Below are positions 23,025 to 32,943 of a stretch of 38,788 nt of DNA, one piece after another; position 1 is the first letter of the stretch; each line of letters opens with the position of its first letter. The position numbers were made by a program, and so were the translations under genes. The notes below the pieces were generated by a model. It was given only the letters and a program-made list of their open reading frames with translations. It was not told where the DNA came from and searched no databases. The DNA lies in assembly GCA_017392345.1 (NCBI GenBank), contig JAFOVN010000022.1, positions 1-38,788 of the forward strand, read 5' to 3'. This stretch comes from Alphaproteobacteria bacterium. GTDB taxonomy: Bacteria > Pseudomonadota > Alphaproteobacteria > Rs-D84.

Positions 23025-24608
23025 CTATTCCTTTCGCAGCGGATACTTTCCATCAATCAAATTCTGACGGACAATGTGGTGTTTGACCTTTTGCGTGCTG
23101 GTCATCGGCAAATCTTCGGTTGTCATTGCAAAGTGCGTCACCCATTTATAGGACGCCACCTTTTTATTCGCCGCCGCAATTGCCGCGGACAGTTTTTCCA
23201 TCGTCATATCTTTATCGACACTGAACACACCATACGAAACGGTTTTATCTTTTACCTTATGCTCAAACACCGCAACATTTTTCACCCCCAGGATATTTAT
23301 GAACAGACCTTCCAACTCATCCGGATAAACATTTTTACCACTGTCCAAAACAATCACCTGTTTCTTGCGACCGGCAAAATGTAATTCGCCGTTTTTATCC
23401 ATCGACACCATATCGCCAGTATTAAAGAATCCGCGGTCATCGAACGCCTGTTTATTCGCATCGTCATTATTTAGATACCCATTAAAAATCTGATTCCCGC
23501 GCAGCCATAAAATACCAACACCGTCTTCATTTTTATCACGGATTTCAACCTCGTTATTCGTGGTCGGCGCGCCAAATGCAAATGGGATTCGACCCTTGCA
23601 CGGTTTGGAAATACAAATCGGCCCGACCGTTTCGGTCATACCATACCCCTGAATAAACCCAAGGCCCAGCGCGACAAAGAAATTTTCAATTTCGGGTTTT
23701 GTCGCCGCGCCACCCGCAATCAGCAATTTTACACGCCCCCCAAACACATCTAATACCGGCCTAAACGCCGCGTCCACCAATTTACGCAGGCCGATTTTCT
23801 TTAACAAATCTGCATTTTTCAACACGAACGAAAACAGCCACCATTTATGCTGTGCCTTTATCCCATCAATGATTTTGTTACGAAAAACCTCAAACAACCG
23901 GGGGACCGCCGGAATGACATGCGGGCGATAGCGTTTGAAATCCGCCAAGATTTCCTTTGGATTTACGGTCGGTTGCAACAACACACCCGCGCCGTATTGC
24001 AATGTTGCAAGTATTTCCACCGCAAACCCGAAAATATGATACATCGGCAAAAATCCATACATGACATCGCCAACATCAAACCATTCGCGCATATCCAACA
24101 ACGACTTTGCACATTCCAACAAATTATAGTGCGAAAGTGGCACAACCTTTGGCGTGCCGGTCGAACCCGACGTAAACGACAATGTTGCGACATCCGTCGG
24201 CTTTAATTCCGCCGGTTTCAAATCGGGATTTTCACCCGCATCCGCGGTCGTGATATCAAAAAACTGAAACACATCGGTTTTATAAAAGAACGATTTTTCC
24301 GCACAAACGAATTTGCACTTTGTAATTTGGGCCATATTATCGTATTCGAACGGCGTCAAATTCGTATCCAGCAACAGCACCGTTCCGCCCAAAAACCAAA
24401 TTGCAAACAACGTTATCGGAAACGCCGGTATATTATGCGACAAAATTCCAACCACATCGCCCGGCTTCACACCTAACGAGTGCAGCGTCGCCGCACGCGC
24501 ACGAACCATTTTCATAAAGTCCGAAAATGTCACATTTTCACGCACCAAATAAATGCCGTTCGGCCATTTTTCAACCGCCCTTTCCAAAAATTGAAACATA
24601 CTGTTCAT
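23025..24608 (-). CDS. AMP-dependent synthetase/ligase (acyl-CoA synthetase-like)
   Basis: AMP-binding signature LSFTSGSTGTPKVVPLSH, YGMTE, and FNTGDMVSMDKNGELHFAGRKK. 527 aa. Confidence 0.85.
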   Translation of the reverse strand: MNSMFQFLERAVEKWPNGIYLVRENVTFSDFMKMVRARAATLHSLGVKPGDVVGILSHNIPAFPITLFAIWFLGGTVLLLDTNLTPFEYDNMAQITKCKFVCAEKSFFYKTDVFQFFDITTADAGENPDLKPAELKPTDVATLSFTSGSTGTPKVVPLSHYNLLECAKSLLDMREWFDVGDVMYGFLPMYHIFGFAVEILATLQYGAGVLLQPTVNPKEILADFKRYRPHVIPAVPRLFEVFRNKIIDGIKAQHKWWLFSFVLKNADLLKKIGLRKLVDAAFRPVLDVFGGRVKLLIAGGAATKPEIENFFVALGLGFIQGYGMTETVGPICISKPCKGRIPFAFGAPTTNNEVEIRDKNEDGVGILWLRGNQIFNGYLNNDDANKQAFDDRGFFNTGDMVSMDKNGELHFAGRKKQVIVLDSGKNVYPDELEGLFINILGVKNVAVFEHKVKDKTVSYGVFSVDKDMTMEKLSAAIAAANKKVASYKWVTHFAMTTEDLPMTSTQKVKHHIVRQNLIDGKYPLRKE

Positions 24609-24677
24609 GATTCAAAATCCTTGTTGTTTTTACAATTTATTAAGGTTATTATACCCATAAAAGGAAAGATTGCAAAT

Positions 24678-25445
24678 ATGAAAATACTAACCATCAATAT
24701 CAATTCGATTCGCGCCCACGCGGAAAGTTTTATAAAAATCCTTGAATCAAACGAATACGACACGATACTGGTCCAAGAATTAAAGGTTGAAACCGCCGGT
24801 TTTCCACATAATATATTCGAAGAATACGGATACAATATAAAGGTTTTTGGACAAAAAAGTTGGAACGGCGTTGCAACTTTTTCAAAATATTCTATCGAAG
24901 ACACCGTCCGCGGAATACCAAACTATACCGATATAAACGCGCGATTTTTGGAAACGGTAATTGACGGTCGTATCCGTGTTATAAATGTCTATATGCCGAA
25001 CGGCGAATCCGAAACATCCCCAAAGTTCGAATATAAAATTGATTGGATGCGCGCATTTGGCGAATACATAAAACAATACATTGATTCACCCGAAGCGGTA
25101 ATAATCGGCGGCGATTTTAATGTGGCAATTGCCGACCGCGATATTTGGAAACCGGAAAACTATGTAGGGTCCAGTATTTCCGCCCCCGCGGCACGTGAAA
25201 TTTTACAAGGGTGGTTTGATGGGGGTTGGACCGACATGTGGCGAAAAATGCACCCCGATGAAATCGGATACACTTGGTACGGGTACCGACAACACAGTTT
25301 TGAAAACAAACACGGTCTGCGCCTTGACTATTTTATGGCGAACAAAACCGCGGAAAAAATGATTACAAAGTGTGAAATCGACACCGCCCCACGCAGTGGC
25401 GAAAAACCAACCGACCATTGCGGACTAATGATTAAAATCGATTAA
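24678..25445 (+). CDS. xthA: Exodeoxyribonuclease III
   Basis: MKILTININSIRAH, LVQELK, WNGVATFSK, IIGGDFNVA, RLDYFM, SDHCGL-like TDHCGL. The ATG at 24678 was used because the tracked start at 24480 lies inside the ligase gene. Confidence 0.92.
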   Translation: MKILTININSIRAHAESFIKILESNEYDTILVQELKVETAGFPHNIFEEYGYNIKVFGQKSWNGVATFSKYSIEDTVRGIPNYTDINARFLETVIDGRIRVINVYMPNGESETSPKFEYKIDWMRAFGEYIKQYIDSPEAVIIGGDFNVAIADRDIWKPENYVGSSISAPAAREILQGWFDGGWTDMWRKMHPDEIGYTWYGYRQHSFENKHGLRLDYFMANKTAEKMITKCEIDTAPRSGEKPTDHCGLMIKID

Positions 25446-27967
25446 TCGCGTTCATCTGCCCGCGCAAAGTCATCGTATTCTTGATATTTTTGTTCACCGG
25501 TTCGGCGATATTCATATTCCGCCCCACCCGCCGAATACATATTAAATAATTCTGTGACCTTGCTATACGCCGCATTTATTGCGGTTGCAGTTTCTTCGAC
25601 ATCATATTTTATAATTTTTGCGTCCCCGGATTTAAGTTGCAAAAATTGCATAATTGGCATTTCACTTTTGACGGTTGTTTTGAAACAAAAACCGTGGTTT
25701 TGCAACATATACGCCTCTAACGATAATTGTGGCATTGTACCATCGAACAATTGCTTTTTACTGGGTGCGGCACCCGTTTTAATATCCAACACCCCACCAT
25801 CCCAAATTCGGTCGGCACGCGCACGAACATTACGCCCGGCGATTTTTACCGCACCTTCGATTTCAACAAGTGCGCCATCGGTTTCACACAACATTTGCAT
25901 TGCAATCGGCGCGATTTCCATAAACCGCCGATGCCAAAAATAAAATATAAGGTTATTATTACCCAACACTTCCAACGCGCGTCTGTCCATTTCCGCAATC
26001 AGCCACTGTTCGGTCGCACCCGCGGGCGCACTTTCCAAAACGCTATGCACCAGTGTTCCAAAATCACGCACATCGGCCCCAACCCAATAATCATCCGTTC
26101 GGCGCAAACGCAGTATATGCCGCACATAGAACGCATAGGGATTATGTATCAACAATTCCAAACTTGTGACATATACATCAGACCAATCTGCGGGCGGTTG
26201 CGGGTTGGCATAACAAAGTGGCCTTGATTCAACCGCGTCACGCGAACGCACAACATTTAATATGTCATTTGCCGCATCTGTATCAAACCGACCACGTGCA
26301 ACAATAACACGCGAAATAAATCGCGATTCTTGTGTTTGCACACCACCCGAAACCTTGCTGCGCAACCAATACACTTCGCATCCACATGACAAATTCATAA
26401 AATCAAGTGCCATCAGTGACACCTTGTGATTCGGTGATGGCAATCCAATTTTATTCGATATTTGCCGTGGCAACCATGGGTTTTCATACCCGGTTGCCGG
26501 AAACATACCTTCGTTTAATCCGGTAAGTATAACCACGTCCGCCGTTTGCATACGCGATTCTATTGTTCCCAAAACACAGACACTTGCCGTATCATTCATC
26601 GGCGGGCGCACACGAACACCGCCAAGGGTATCCGCAATAAACGCACGCGCATCGGTCAAACTAACCTGTATACTTTTACCCGTCAAACAATCGGAAAGTT
26701 TTTTTATCGCCGTCCAAATCGCAACAGATTCGGAACTTTCAACATCAAAGTGTGGTGCAAAACTTTCGGCATATTTATCAACAATTTCCGCAACCGTATC
26801 AAACAAATTAGAATTATTACGCGAATAAATTTCTTCAAAATAATTAGTGCCATTTTCAATCCAATCATCAAACAAATTCAAAATCGCGCGCCCCGCCACG
26901 GTCATTATACCGGACAGGCCACCCGAAAAATCTGCATCAATGTTTCGCCGTTCAAATTCACTTTTCAATCGTTGGTTTCCCGCCGCATCGGGTGTTATAA
27001 TTAAAACCGTTTTTTTATTGCGAATTGCACGCGCCGTAATTTCGGCGGTGGCGGACGCTTCTTCGGATTCACGCGCGGTCTCTATTAAATGACAATTCGA
27101 TAAATCACAACCACTTAAATCGCTGTATACATTGGAAAACGCCGTATTCATAAAATCAATATGCGACGCGCCAACATCAATTTCTTGGACATCTAATATA
27201 TCAACACCGATTGCCGACAAAAATTTATATTCTGAATTATACGGGTTTGTATCCAATTCAAAATCTTCCTTTTGTCCGGAAATCCGCCCCGGCAAAATTA
27301 TCCGACCATTTGGCAACGACGCAATTACCGACATTAAATCACGCGTGACGGGGACACTTGCGGTTGACCCACAAACAACAACCAATGATTTACGCGCGTC
27401 CATATTTTTTACATATTTGCACCACGCGTATACATCGGAATTCCGGCGTTTTGTTTCCGTATCACGCCCCCCAAAAATTTCATTTTGCACACGCGAAAGC
27501 ACGGATAAAATTTGCGCCTTGTCTTGAAAGTGTTTTGCATATTTATCATCAACCAATGTCGTCCAATCAATATCAGCAATATCAACAGAACTGTTTTCCA
27601 AATAATCTTGCATAGTAATCAGTGTTCGGGCAACCGGCAACGCATTTGATATATTTTTAATTGTCGGAATTGACGCCAACAAATACGCGGTTGCGACAAC
27701 GCGTTCCAATGTTGAAACAACGCCAAATTTTTCATCATCCAAATCTGTATCTTCAACCCCTTCGCCCAGTGGCACCAGTCGCGGCAATAATGCCGCGTGC
27801 CCAACTTTATCAATAATCATTTTTTCAACGCTGCGCACCGCCCGCCGATTCGGCAAGAAAATCAGCATATCCGTCAAATCAATACCGGAATCATTTATAA
27901 TCCGCCAAAGACCGTCCAAAATCTTTGCCGGATTCGAAACACAAAAGATATTTTTATTTGATACCAA
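25442..27967 (-). CDS. addB: Double-strand break repair protein AddB, alphaproteobacterial type
   Basis: The N-terminus has FLPNRRAVRSVEK. The C-terminal PD-(D/E)XK nuclease region has NPYAFYVRHILRL, RADRIWDGGVLDIKTGAAP and QLSLEAYML. 841 aa. Confidence 0.8.
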   Translation of the reverse strand: MVSNKNIFCVSNPAKILDGLWRIINDSGIDLTDMLIFLPNRRAVRSVEKMIIDKVGHAALLPRLVPLGEGVEDTDLDDEKFGVVSTLERVVATAYLLASIPTIKNISNALPVARTLITMQDYLENSSVDIADIDWTTLVDDKYAKHFQDKAQILSVLSRVQNEIFGGRDTETKRRNSDVYAWCKYVKNMDARKSLVVVCGSTASVPVTRDLMSVIASLPNGRIILPGRISGQKEDFELDTNPYNSEYKFLSAIGVDILDVQEIDVGASHIDFMNTAFSNVYSDLSGCDLSNCHLIETARESEEASATAEITARAIRNKKTVLIITPDAAGNQRLKSEFERRNIDADFSGGLSGIMTVAGRAILNLFDDWIENGTNYFEEIYSRNNSNLFDTVAEIVDKYAESFAPHFDVESSESVAIWTAIKKLSDCLTGKSIQVSLTDARAFIADTLGGVRVRPPMNDTASVCVLGTIESRMQTADVVILTGLNEGMFPATGYENPWLPRQISNKIGLPSPNHKVSLMALDFMNLSCGCEVYWLRSKVSGGVQTQESRFISRVIVARGRFDTDAANDILNVVRSRDAVESRPLCYANPQPPADWSDVYVTSLELLIHNPYAFYVRHILRLRRTDDYWVGADVRDFGTLVHSVLESAPAGATEQWLIAEMDRRALEVLGNNNLIFYFWHRRFMEIAPIAMQMLCETDGALVEIEGAVKIAGRNVRARADRIWDGGVLDIKTGAAPSKKQLFDGTMPQLSLEAYMLQNHGFCFKTTVKSEMPIMQFLQLKSGDAKIIKYDVEETATAINAAYSKVTELFNMYSAGGAEYEYRRTGEQKYQEYDDFARADERD

Positions 27968-28508
27968 TTATCGCCCTTAGGTTATCAATACCATATTTTT
28001 TTTCGGCGGATGTTTCAACAATATCATCAACCATCGCCGGATGTTCGTCTGCGCAAATCATAACCTGGTCTTTTTCACGCACACGTTTATCCTTTTTCGT
28101 ATAAACGATTTGATAGGATATCCCGTTCGCGTCACAAAATTCCATAAGTTCCATATCCGACGGACGCACCCCAACACGTGAATCAACCAGGATAAACAAA
28201 CGCTTTAATTGTCGCCGCGTCATAATGTATTCTTGGAATCGCATCATCCACCGCGCCGCATCCGCCCGCGACACACGTGCATATCCATACCCTGGCAAAT
28301 CAAGAATTATTATTTTGTCATTCACATTAAACATATTCAGTGTTTGTGTCCGCCCCGGCGTATTCGATGTTCGCGCAACATTTTCACCAAGCACCGCGTT
28401 TATCAGTGATGATTTTCCAACATTACTGCGTCCCGCAAACGCATATTCTGGAAATTGCGTTTGTGGCAAATCGCATACATTTTCAAAACCACCGACAAAT
28501 TTTATCAT
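27954..28508 (-). CDS. engB: Ribosome-biogenesis GTPase YihA/EngB
   Basis: FAGRSNVGKSSLINAV (G1), DLPGYGYA (G3), YTKKDK (G4). The 3' end overlaps the addB start by 14 nt. Confidence 0.9.
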   Translation of the reverse strand: MIKFVGGFENVCDLPQTQFPEYAFAGRSNVGKSSLINAVLGENVARTSNTPGRTQTLNMFNVNDKIIILDLPGYGYARVSRADAARWMMRFQEYIMTRRQLKRLFILVDSRVGVRPSDMELMEFCDANGISYQIVYTKKDKRVREKDQVMICADEHPAMVDDIVETSAEKKYGIDNLRAIIGIK

Positions 28509-28512
28509 GTGT

Positions 28513-29301
28513 TTAATCCTTTTTAATCAAACGCCTATACGCTTCCTTCTTTGAAATTCCCGCACGCGCCGCCAAATCGCTTGCCGCGGCCTTGGTTGAA
28601 TTTGCAACAACATCATTCACGATTTCCGATATTTCCGCATCAGACATTTTGTGTTCCGGTGCCGGCGCAACCACAATAACAATTTCCCCACGTGGCGATT
28701 CGATATTTTTTAGTTCCGCCGGATACCCAATTATCGCCTGTTCATGAATTTTCGTTATTTCGCGCACAATTGCGATTTGCCGTTCCGGCATAACCCGCGC
28801 AATCGCATCGATTGTATTCATAATCCGATTCGGGCTTTCATAGTAAACTATTGTATGCCGAATTTTATTATCATCGCGCAATTTCTTTTCATCAAAGAAC
28901 CCACAAAATGTAAATCGGTCGGTCGGAAACCCCGACAGCACCAACGCAGATATAACCGCCGTCGGCCCCGGTACAACATATACCGGCACACCCGCGTCAC
29001 GCGCCGCACGCACGATTCGGTATCCCGGGTCACTGATACCCGGCATACCCGCATCGGTCACAACCGCAACCGATTCGCCACCTATAATTTTTTCTATCAA
29101 TCCGCCAATAACATCGCGTTCATTATGTTCATGGCACGACACGCGCCGCGTTTTTATATCAAAATGTGACGCAATTTTGGCAAAAACCCGTGTATCTTCG
29201 GCGGCAATTAAATCGACATTTTTCAAAACATCCACCGCCCGCGGCGACATATCGCCCAGATTTCCAATAGGTGTGCCAACAATATAAAGCCCCGTTTGCA
29301 T
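28513..29301 (-). CDS. rsmI: 16S rRNA (cytidine1402-2'-O)-methyltransferase RsmI
   Basis: LYIVGTPIGNLGDMSPRAVDVLKNVDLIAAEDTR, VTDAGMPGISDPG, YESPNR. Confidence 0.92.
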   Translation of the reverse strand: MQTGLYIVGTPIGNLGDMSPRAVDVLKNVDLIAAEDTRVFAKIASHFDIKTRRVSCHEHNERDVIGGLIEKIIGGESVAVVTDAGMPGISDPGYRIVRAARDAGVPVYVVPGPTAVISALVLSGFPTDRFTFCGFFDEKKLRDDNKIRHTIVYYESPNRIMNTIDAIARVMPERQIAIVREITKIHEQAIIGYPAELKNIESPRGEIVIVVAPAPEHKMSDAEISEIVNDVVANSTKAAASDLAARAGISKKEAYRRLIKKD

Positions 29302-29362
29302 TTATGAATCCTTTGTAGTAAAATGATGTAGTAAAATGATACAGAATAAAATGGATATTTCA

Positions 29363-30967
29363 ATGCATATTATAAAACAGATTTTTGGTCTAACTTGTAT
29401 TGCTGTGTTGCTTTCATCGTGTCATGGCAACAAGGGTTCTGCGTGGCGTTCGGAATACACCGATGTGCCAATCACCGCACCGACCCAGTTGCAATACGGA
29501 ACATATTCACTTGGGATGTACGGTTCTGCACCCGATGCATCGCATAGTATCGCGGTGCTAATTCCAACAAGTGGCGCAAACGCAAAAATCGGCAAATCGA
29601 TTCGGTTAGGCGTTGAGGCCGCAACCATGCAATTTGCCCCCGATGGATTACAGGTAAGATTTTTTGATACTGGAACCGGTGACACGGGCGAAACAATCGA
29701 ACGCGCATTGGCATCAAACCCCGAAATAATTATCGGACCGGTGTTTGCCGACAATGCACGCATTTTGCGCGACAAAAAACCATCTGCGATACCGGCACTG
29801 TCACTAACATCCGATGTATCTGCGATTGGTGACGGCGTTATCAGTATGGCGGTTATGCCAATGAACGTCGTTGAATCTGCAATTGCCGAAATGTCTGCAA
29901 ACGGGGCAAAGAACTTTATTGTAATTGCACCAAACAACACATCTGGGCCGGTTATGGCGGGCGCGGCAAACGCAATTGCCGACACATATAACATTGGCAA
30001 TGTCGGAATATTCTATTACAACGAACGTGACACCGATTCGATAAAATCGGCCGCCCTTGCGGCATCTATGTATAACGCACGCAACGCGGCAAACACGCGC
30101 GCCAAAGAAATTTTATCCGCGATAATAAATCATGAAAGTTTAAGTCGTTCGGAAAAATATTCATTATCGCGCCAACTTGAAAACCTAAACAGATTCGACA
30201 CATTGGGCGATTTACCATACGATTCGATTTTATTCCTTGGTGATGGAAACGACACAAAGTCCGTGGCATCGTTCTTGCGATATTATGGGGTTGATGCACG
30301 GGCTGCAAAGTTTTATGGCACACCACTTTGGGAAGATAGCGATATCGCATCCGATTTAACAATGACTGGCGCCGTGTACGCCACATTACCGGATATCCCG
30401 GAAAACTTCAGAAACACATATTCACTTGCAACCGGAACATATCCAACACGTATGTCAACAATTGGGTATGAATCGACATTGCTTGCCATTGGCACATTAT
30501 ATTCGCACGACGATATTCACGCGCATTTAATGAACCCCAGTGGTTATACCGGCATAAACGGTCTGTTCCGGTTACATACCGACGGCACAAATGAACGCGC
30601 ACTGCGCATTATGCGCCTTAATGGTGACGGAACAACATCCATCGCCCGCACCGAACCCGCGGCATTCACCGTTCCAATATATCGAACCGGGGGGACATAT
30701 ATGTCCGCGGCGGAAAGCGAACCTTTGGATTCGGACGGTGTAAATCCGTTGGACTATATAAAAATACCCGAACGTTTTCGTGGAAAATATAGTGCGAAAA
30801 CATATGGCATAAATCATTCGTCGTCTAAAAACAATGAACCGATATTCCATACTTCAACCATATTGCCAATAAACGATTCCGAATCCATAACATCCGAAGA
30901 TTATCAACCTATGCCACTGGATAACATAAGTCGTACATATATCGATTCGGTTGAAATTACAGAATAA
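29363..30967 (+). CDS. Periplasmic-binding-fold lipoprotein, LppC/LpoA-like (putative penicillin-binding protein activator)
   Basis: The lipobox is VLLSSC when translation starts at the ATG at 29363. IAVLIPTSGANAKIGKSIRLG is a type-1 PBP-like fold. The gene is divergent from rsmI, as lpoA is in E. coli. Confidence 0.55.
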   Translation: MHIIKQIFGLTCIAVLLSSCHGNKGSAWRSEYTDVPITAPTQLQYGTYSLGMYGSAPDASHSIAVLIPTSGANAKIGKSIRLGVEAATMQFAPDGLQVRFFDTGTGDTGETIERALASNPEIIIGPVFADNARILRDKKPSAIPALSLTSDVSAIGDGVISMAVMPMNVVESAIAEMSANGAKNFIVIAPNNTSGPVMAGAANAIADTYNIGNVGIFYYNERDTDSIKSAALAASMYNARNAANTRAKEILSAIINHESLSRSEKYSLSRQLENLNRFDTLGDLPYDSILFLGDGNDTKSVASFLRYYGVDARAAKFYGTPLWEDSDIASDLTMTGAVYATLPDIPENFRNTYSLATGTYPTRMSTIGYESTLLAIGTLYSHDDIHAHLMNPSGYTGINGLFRLHTDGTNERALRIMRLNGDGTTSIARTEPAAFTVPIYRTGGTYMSAAESEPLDSDGVNPLDYIKIPERFRGKYSAKTYGINHSSSKNNEPIFHTSTILPINDSESITSEDYQPMPLDNISRTYIDSVEITE

Positions 30968-30982
30968 TAAACGGTGCCAACA

Positions 30983-31231
30983 ATGAAAACGAAATATAAA
31001 ATCATAATTGCATGCATAATAACATGTGTTGCAACCGCGTTCGCAACCGTTTACATTATGAATCATGATGTTTTCAATCTGTACTATTCGGAAAAACTTG
31101 TATGCAAAGATGACATGGCACCCGATAAAAACGGTTGTTGCCCGGGCGAAACATATACAGATATGGGTGAACTTGGGTGGAATTGCTGTCCGGATTCTGG
31201 TGGTGATTGCTTTCCGCCAATTGAACAATAA
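30983..31231 (+). CDS. Small membrane-anchored Cys-rich protein (82 aa)
   Basis: An N-terminal hydrophobic helix (KIIIACIITCVATAFATVYIM) is followed by a 6-Cys tail, C-x10-CC-x14-CC-x6-C (CKDD...GCCPGE...NCCPDSGGDC). The gene starts 16 nt after the LpoA-like gene. Confidence 0.5.
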   Translation: MKTKYKIIIACIITCVATAFATVYIMNHDVFNLYYSEKLVCKDDMAPDKNGCCPGETYTDMGELGWNCCPDSGGDCFPPIEQ

Positions 31232-31233
31232 AA

Positions 31234-32607
31234 TCAATCAAGATTTTGTAAACTTACATTTTCACCGTCAACAATGACGATATTTCCATGCATAATGTTG
31301 GCATCATGTGCAACGGCAACAAAATCACGCTGTGCGAACAAATCCGGCGTATAGACCGGAAACACGCCACGCACCAAACAAAGTTGATTTGCAACAATTT
31401 CACCATCGCACACGGCAATAACTTTTGTATCCGGCCGCCGACAAGAAATCTTTATTACCGATTCGGTGTCACGTGCAAAAACAATTATCGCACTTGCTTT
31501 ATTAAGGTACGCCATCGAAGACACCGAACGCGACCAATCATTATCCTCGGCCGAACTTTCCGCACGCACCCAATCACTTGGATTTGCCATCGCATCATCA
31601 TCCGAATAACTTAAAATCTTTGCCATTGTTTCAATAACATTTAACGGATTCGCGCCAATCGTTGTTTCTTCGGATGTCATTGTCGAATCCACGCGCAGAT
31701 ACGCCGCATTTGCAACATCACTTATTTCCGCACGCGTTGGAAATTCACTTTCCACCATCGACCCCAGCATTTGCGTTGCCATAACAACCGGTCGATTTAA
31801 CCGCCGACATTCGCGTATAATATGTCGTGAAATCGCCGGCACTTGTTCAAAAGGCAATTCAACCGCCATATCCCCACGCGCAATCATAATTCCGTCCGCC
31901 GCGCGCGCAATATCATCAATTTGTTCAACCGCACTTTTGCGTTCTATCTTGGCCATTATTTTAACGGGTCGCGCCGTATGTGCGGTAATAAAATCACGAA
32001 CTTCGGCAATATCTTCGGGCCGTTGCACAAAAGAAACCGCCACCCAATCTGGATTTTTGGGTAAAGCATATTCCAAATCCGCCCTATCCTTTTCGGTCAA
32101 AACCGATGTATCAACAATTGTATCCGGCAAATTAAATCCACGCCGCGACCAAATTTCCGTTCCGCGAATCACCTTGGTTTTAACCGAATCGGGCAATACC
32201 TCGGTCACCTGCATTTCAATTTTTCCGTCATTTAACAAAATTCTTTCACCGACATGCAACGAACGCATAACATCCGCGTCCGGCAATTGCACGCGCCGCG
32301 AATCACCGGGTGCCGGATTCGAATCAAAAACAAATGTTTGACCCACCGAAATTGGATATTTTTCTTCGGTTTTAAAATTTCCGATTCGATGCTTTGGCCC
32401 CTGCAAATCAACCAACACCCCCACGGGCATATTTAATTCCGCCGATATTTTACGAATCGCGTCAATCTTTTTACCCTGGGCATCGCCGGTATCATGACTA
32501 AAATTCATACGGCACACATTTACGCCCGCCAAAATCATTTTTCGCAAAACGGCCGGACTTTCGCAACTTGGACCAATGGAAGCAGTTATTTTTGTAAATC
32601 TTGTCAT
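31234..32607 (-). CDS. pyk: Pyruvate kinase
   Basis: TKITASIGPS, RMNFSH, MAKIERKSAV, IMIARGDMAVE, MATQML. 457 aa. Confidence 0.93.
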   Translation of the reverse strand: MTRFTKITASIGPSCESPAVLRKMILAGVNVCRMNFSHDTGDAQGKKIDAIRKISAELNMPVGVLVDLQGPKHRIGNFKTEEKYPISVGQTFVFDSNPAPGDSRRVQLPDADVMRSLHVGERILLNDGKIEMQVTEVLPDSVKTKVIRGTEIWSRRGFNLPDTIVDTSVLTEKDRADLEYALPKNPDWVAVSFVQRPEDIAEVRDFITAHTARPVKIMAKIERKSAVEQIDDIARAADGIMIARGDMAVELPFEQVPAISRHIIRECRRLNRPVVMATQMLGSMVESEFPTRAEISDVANAAYLRVDSTMTSEETTIGANPLNVIETMAKILSYSDDDAMANPSDWVRAESSAEDNDWSRSVSSMAYLNKASAIIVFARDTESVIKISCRRPDTKVIAVCDGEIVANQLCLVRGVFPVYTPDLFAQRDFVAVAHDANIMHGNIVIVDGENVSLQNLD

Positions 32608-32626
32608 AATTTTGCAATCTCTCTGG

Positions 32627-32654
32627 TTGATTTTTATGTTTTATTGTATATCAT
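32627..32654 (+). promoter_or_regulatory. Candidate promoter for gapR
   Basis: TTGATT (32627-32632), 16-nt spacer, TATCAT (32649-32654). AAGGGGAAA lies upstream of the ATG at 32687. Confidence 0.4.
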
Positions 32655-32686
32655 AAAAAGGTCACTTTAACAAGGGGAAAACATCT

Positions 32687-32935
32687 ATGAAAAATGCAAA
32701 CCACGGAAGTTTTGATAACCAACAATTGCTTGGTATCATCGAACGAATCGAAAAATTAAACGAAGATAGCGCGGCCATTGCTGCGGATATCAAAGAAATT
32801 TTCACAGAGGCCAAATCCGCCGGATACGACCCGAAATACATTCGGCAAATGATTCGTCTGCGTAAAATGGACCCGGATGAATTAGACGAAACCGACGAAT
32901 TGACCAAGATGTATCGCAATGCACTTGGGCTGTGA
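32687..32935 (+). CDS. gapR: DUF2312 / GapR-family nucleoid-associated protein
   Basis: QLLGIIERIEKLNEDSAAIAADIKEIFTEAKSAGYDPKYIRQMIRLRKMD is the characteristic UPF0335/DUF2312 sequence. 82 aa. Confidence 0.85.
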   Translation: MKNANHGSFDNQQLLGIIERIEKLNEDSAAIAADIKEIFTEAKSAGYDPKYIRQMIRLRKMDPDELDETDELTKMYRNALGL

Positions 32936-32943
32936 TTTTACAA

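Noticed and set aside
25442-26300. The AddB nuclease domain lacks the four Fe-S cluster cysteines. It has HNPYAFY instead of a CP motif, and QKYQEYDDFAR where C-x2-C-x5-C would sit.
   Set aside because: As far as I recall, alphaproteobacterial-type AddB proteins generally have DPYAIYA and DY..LAR-like sequences here. This is therefore probably a family trait rather than a peculiarity of this gene. It needs an alignment to confirm.
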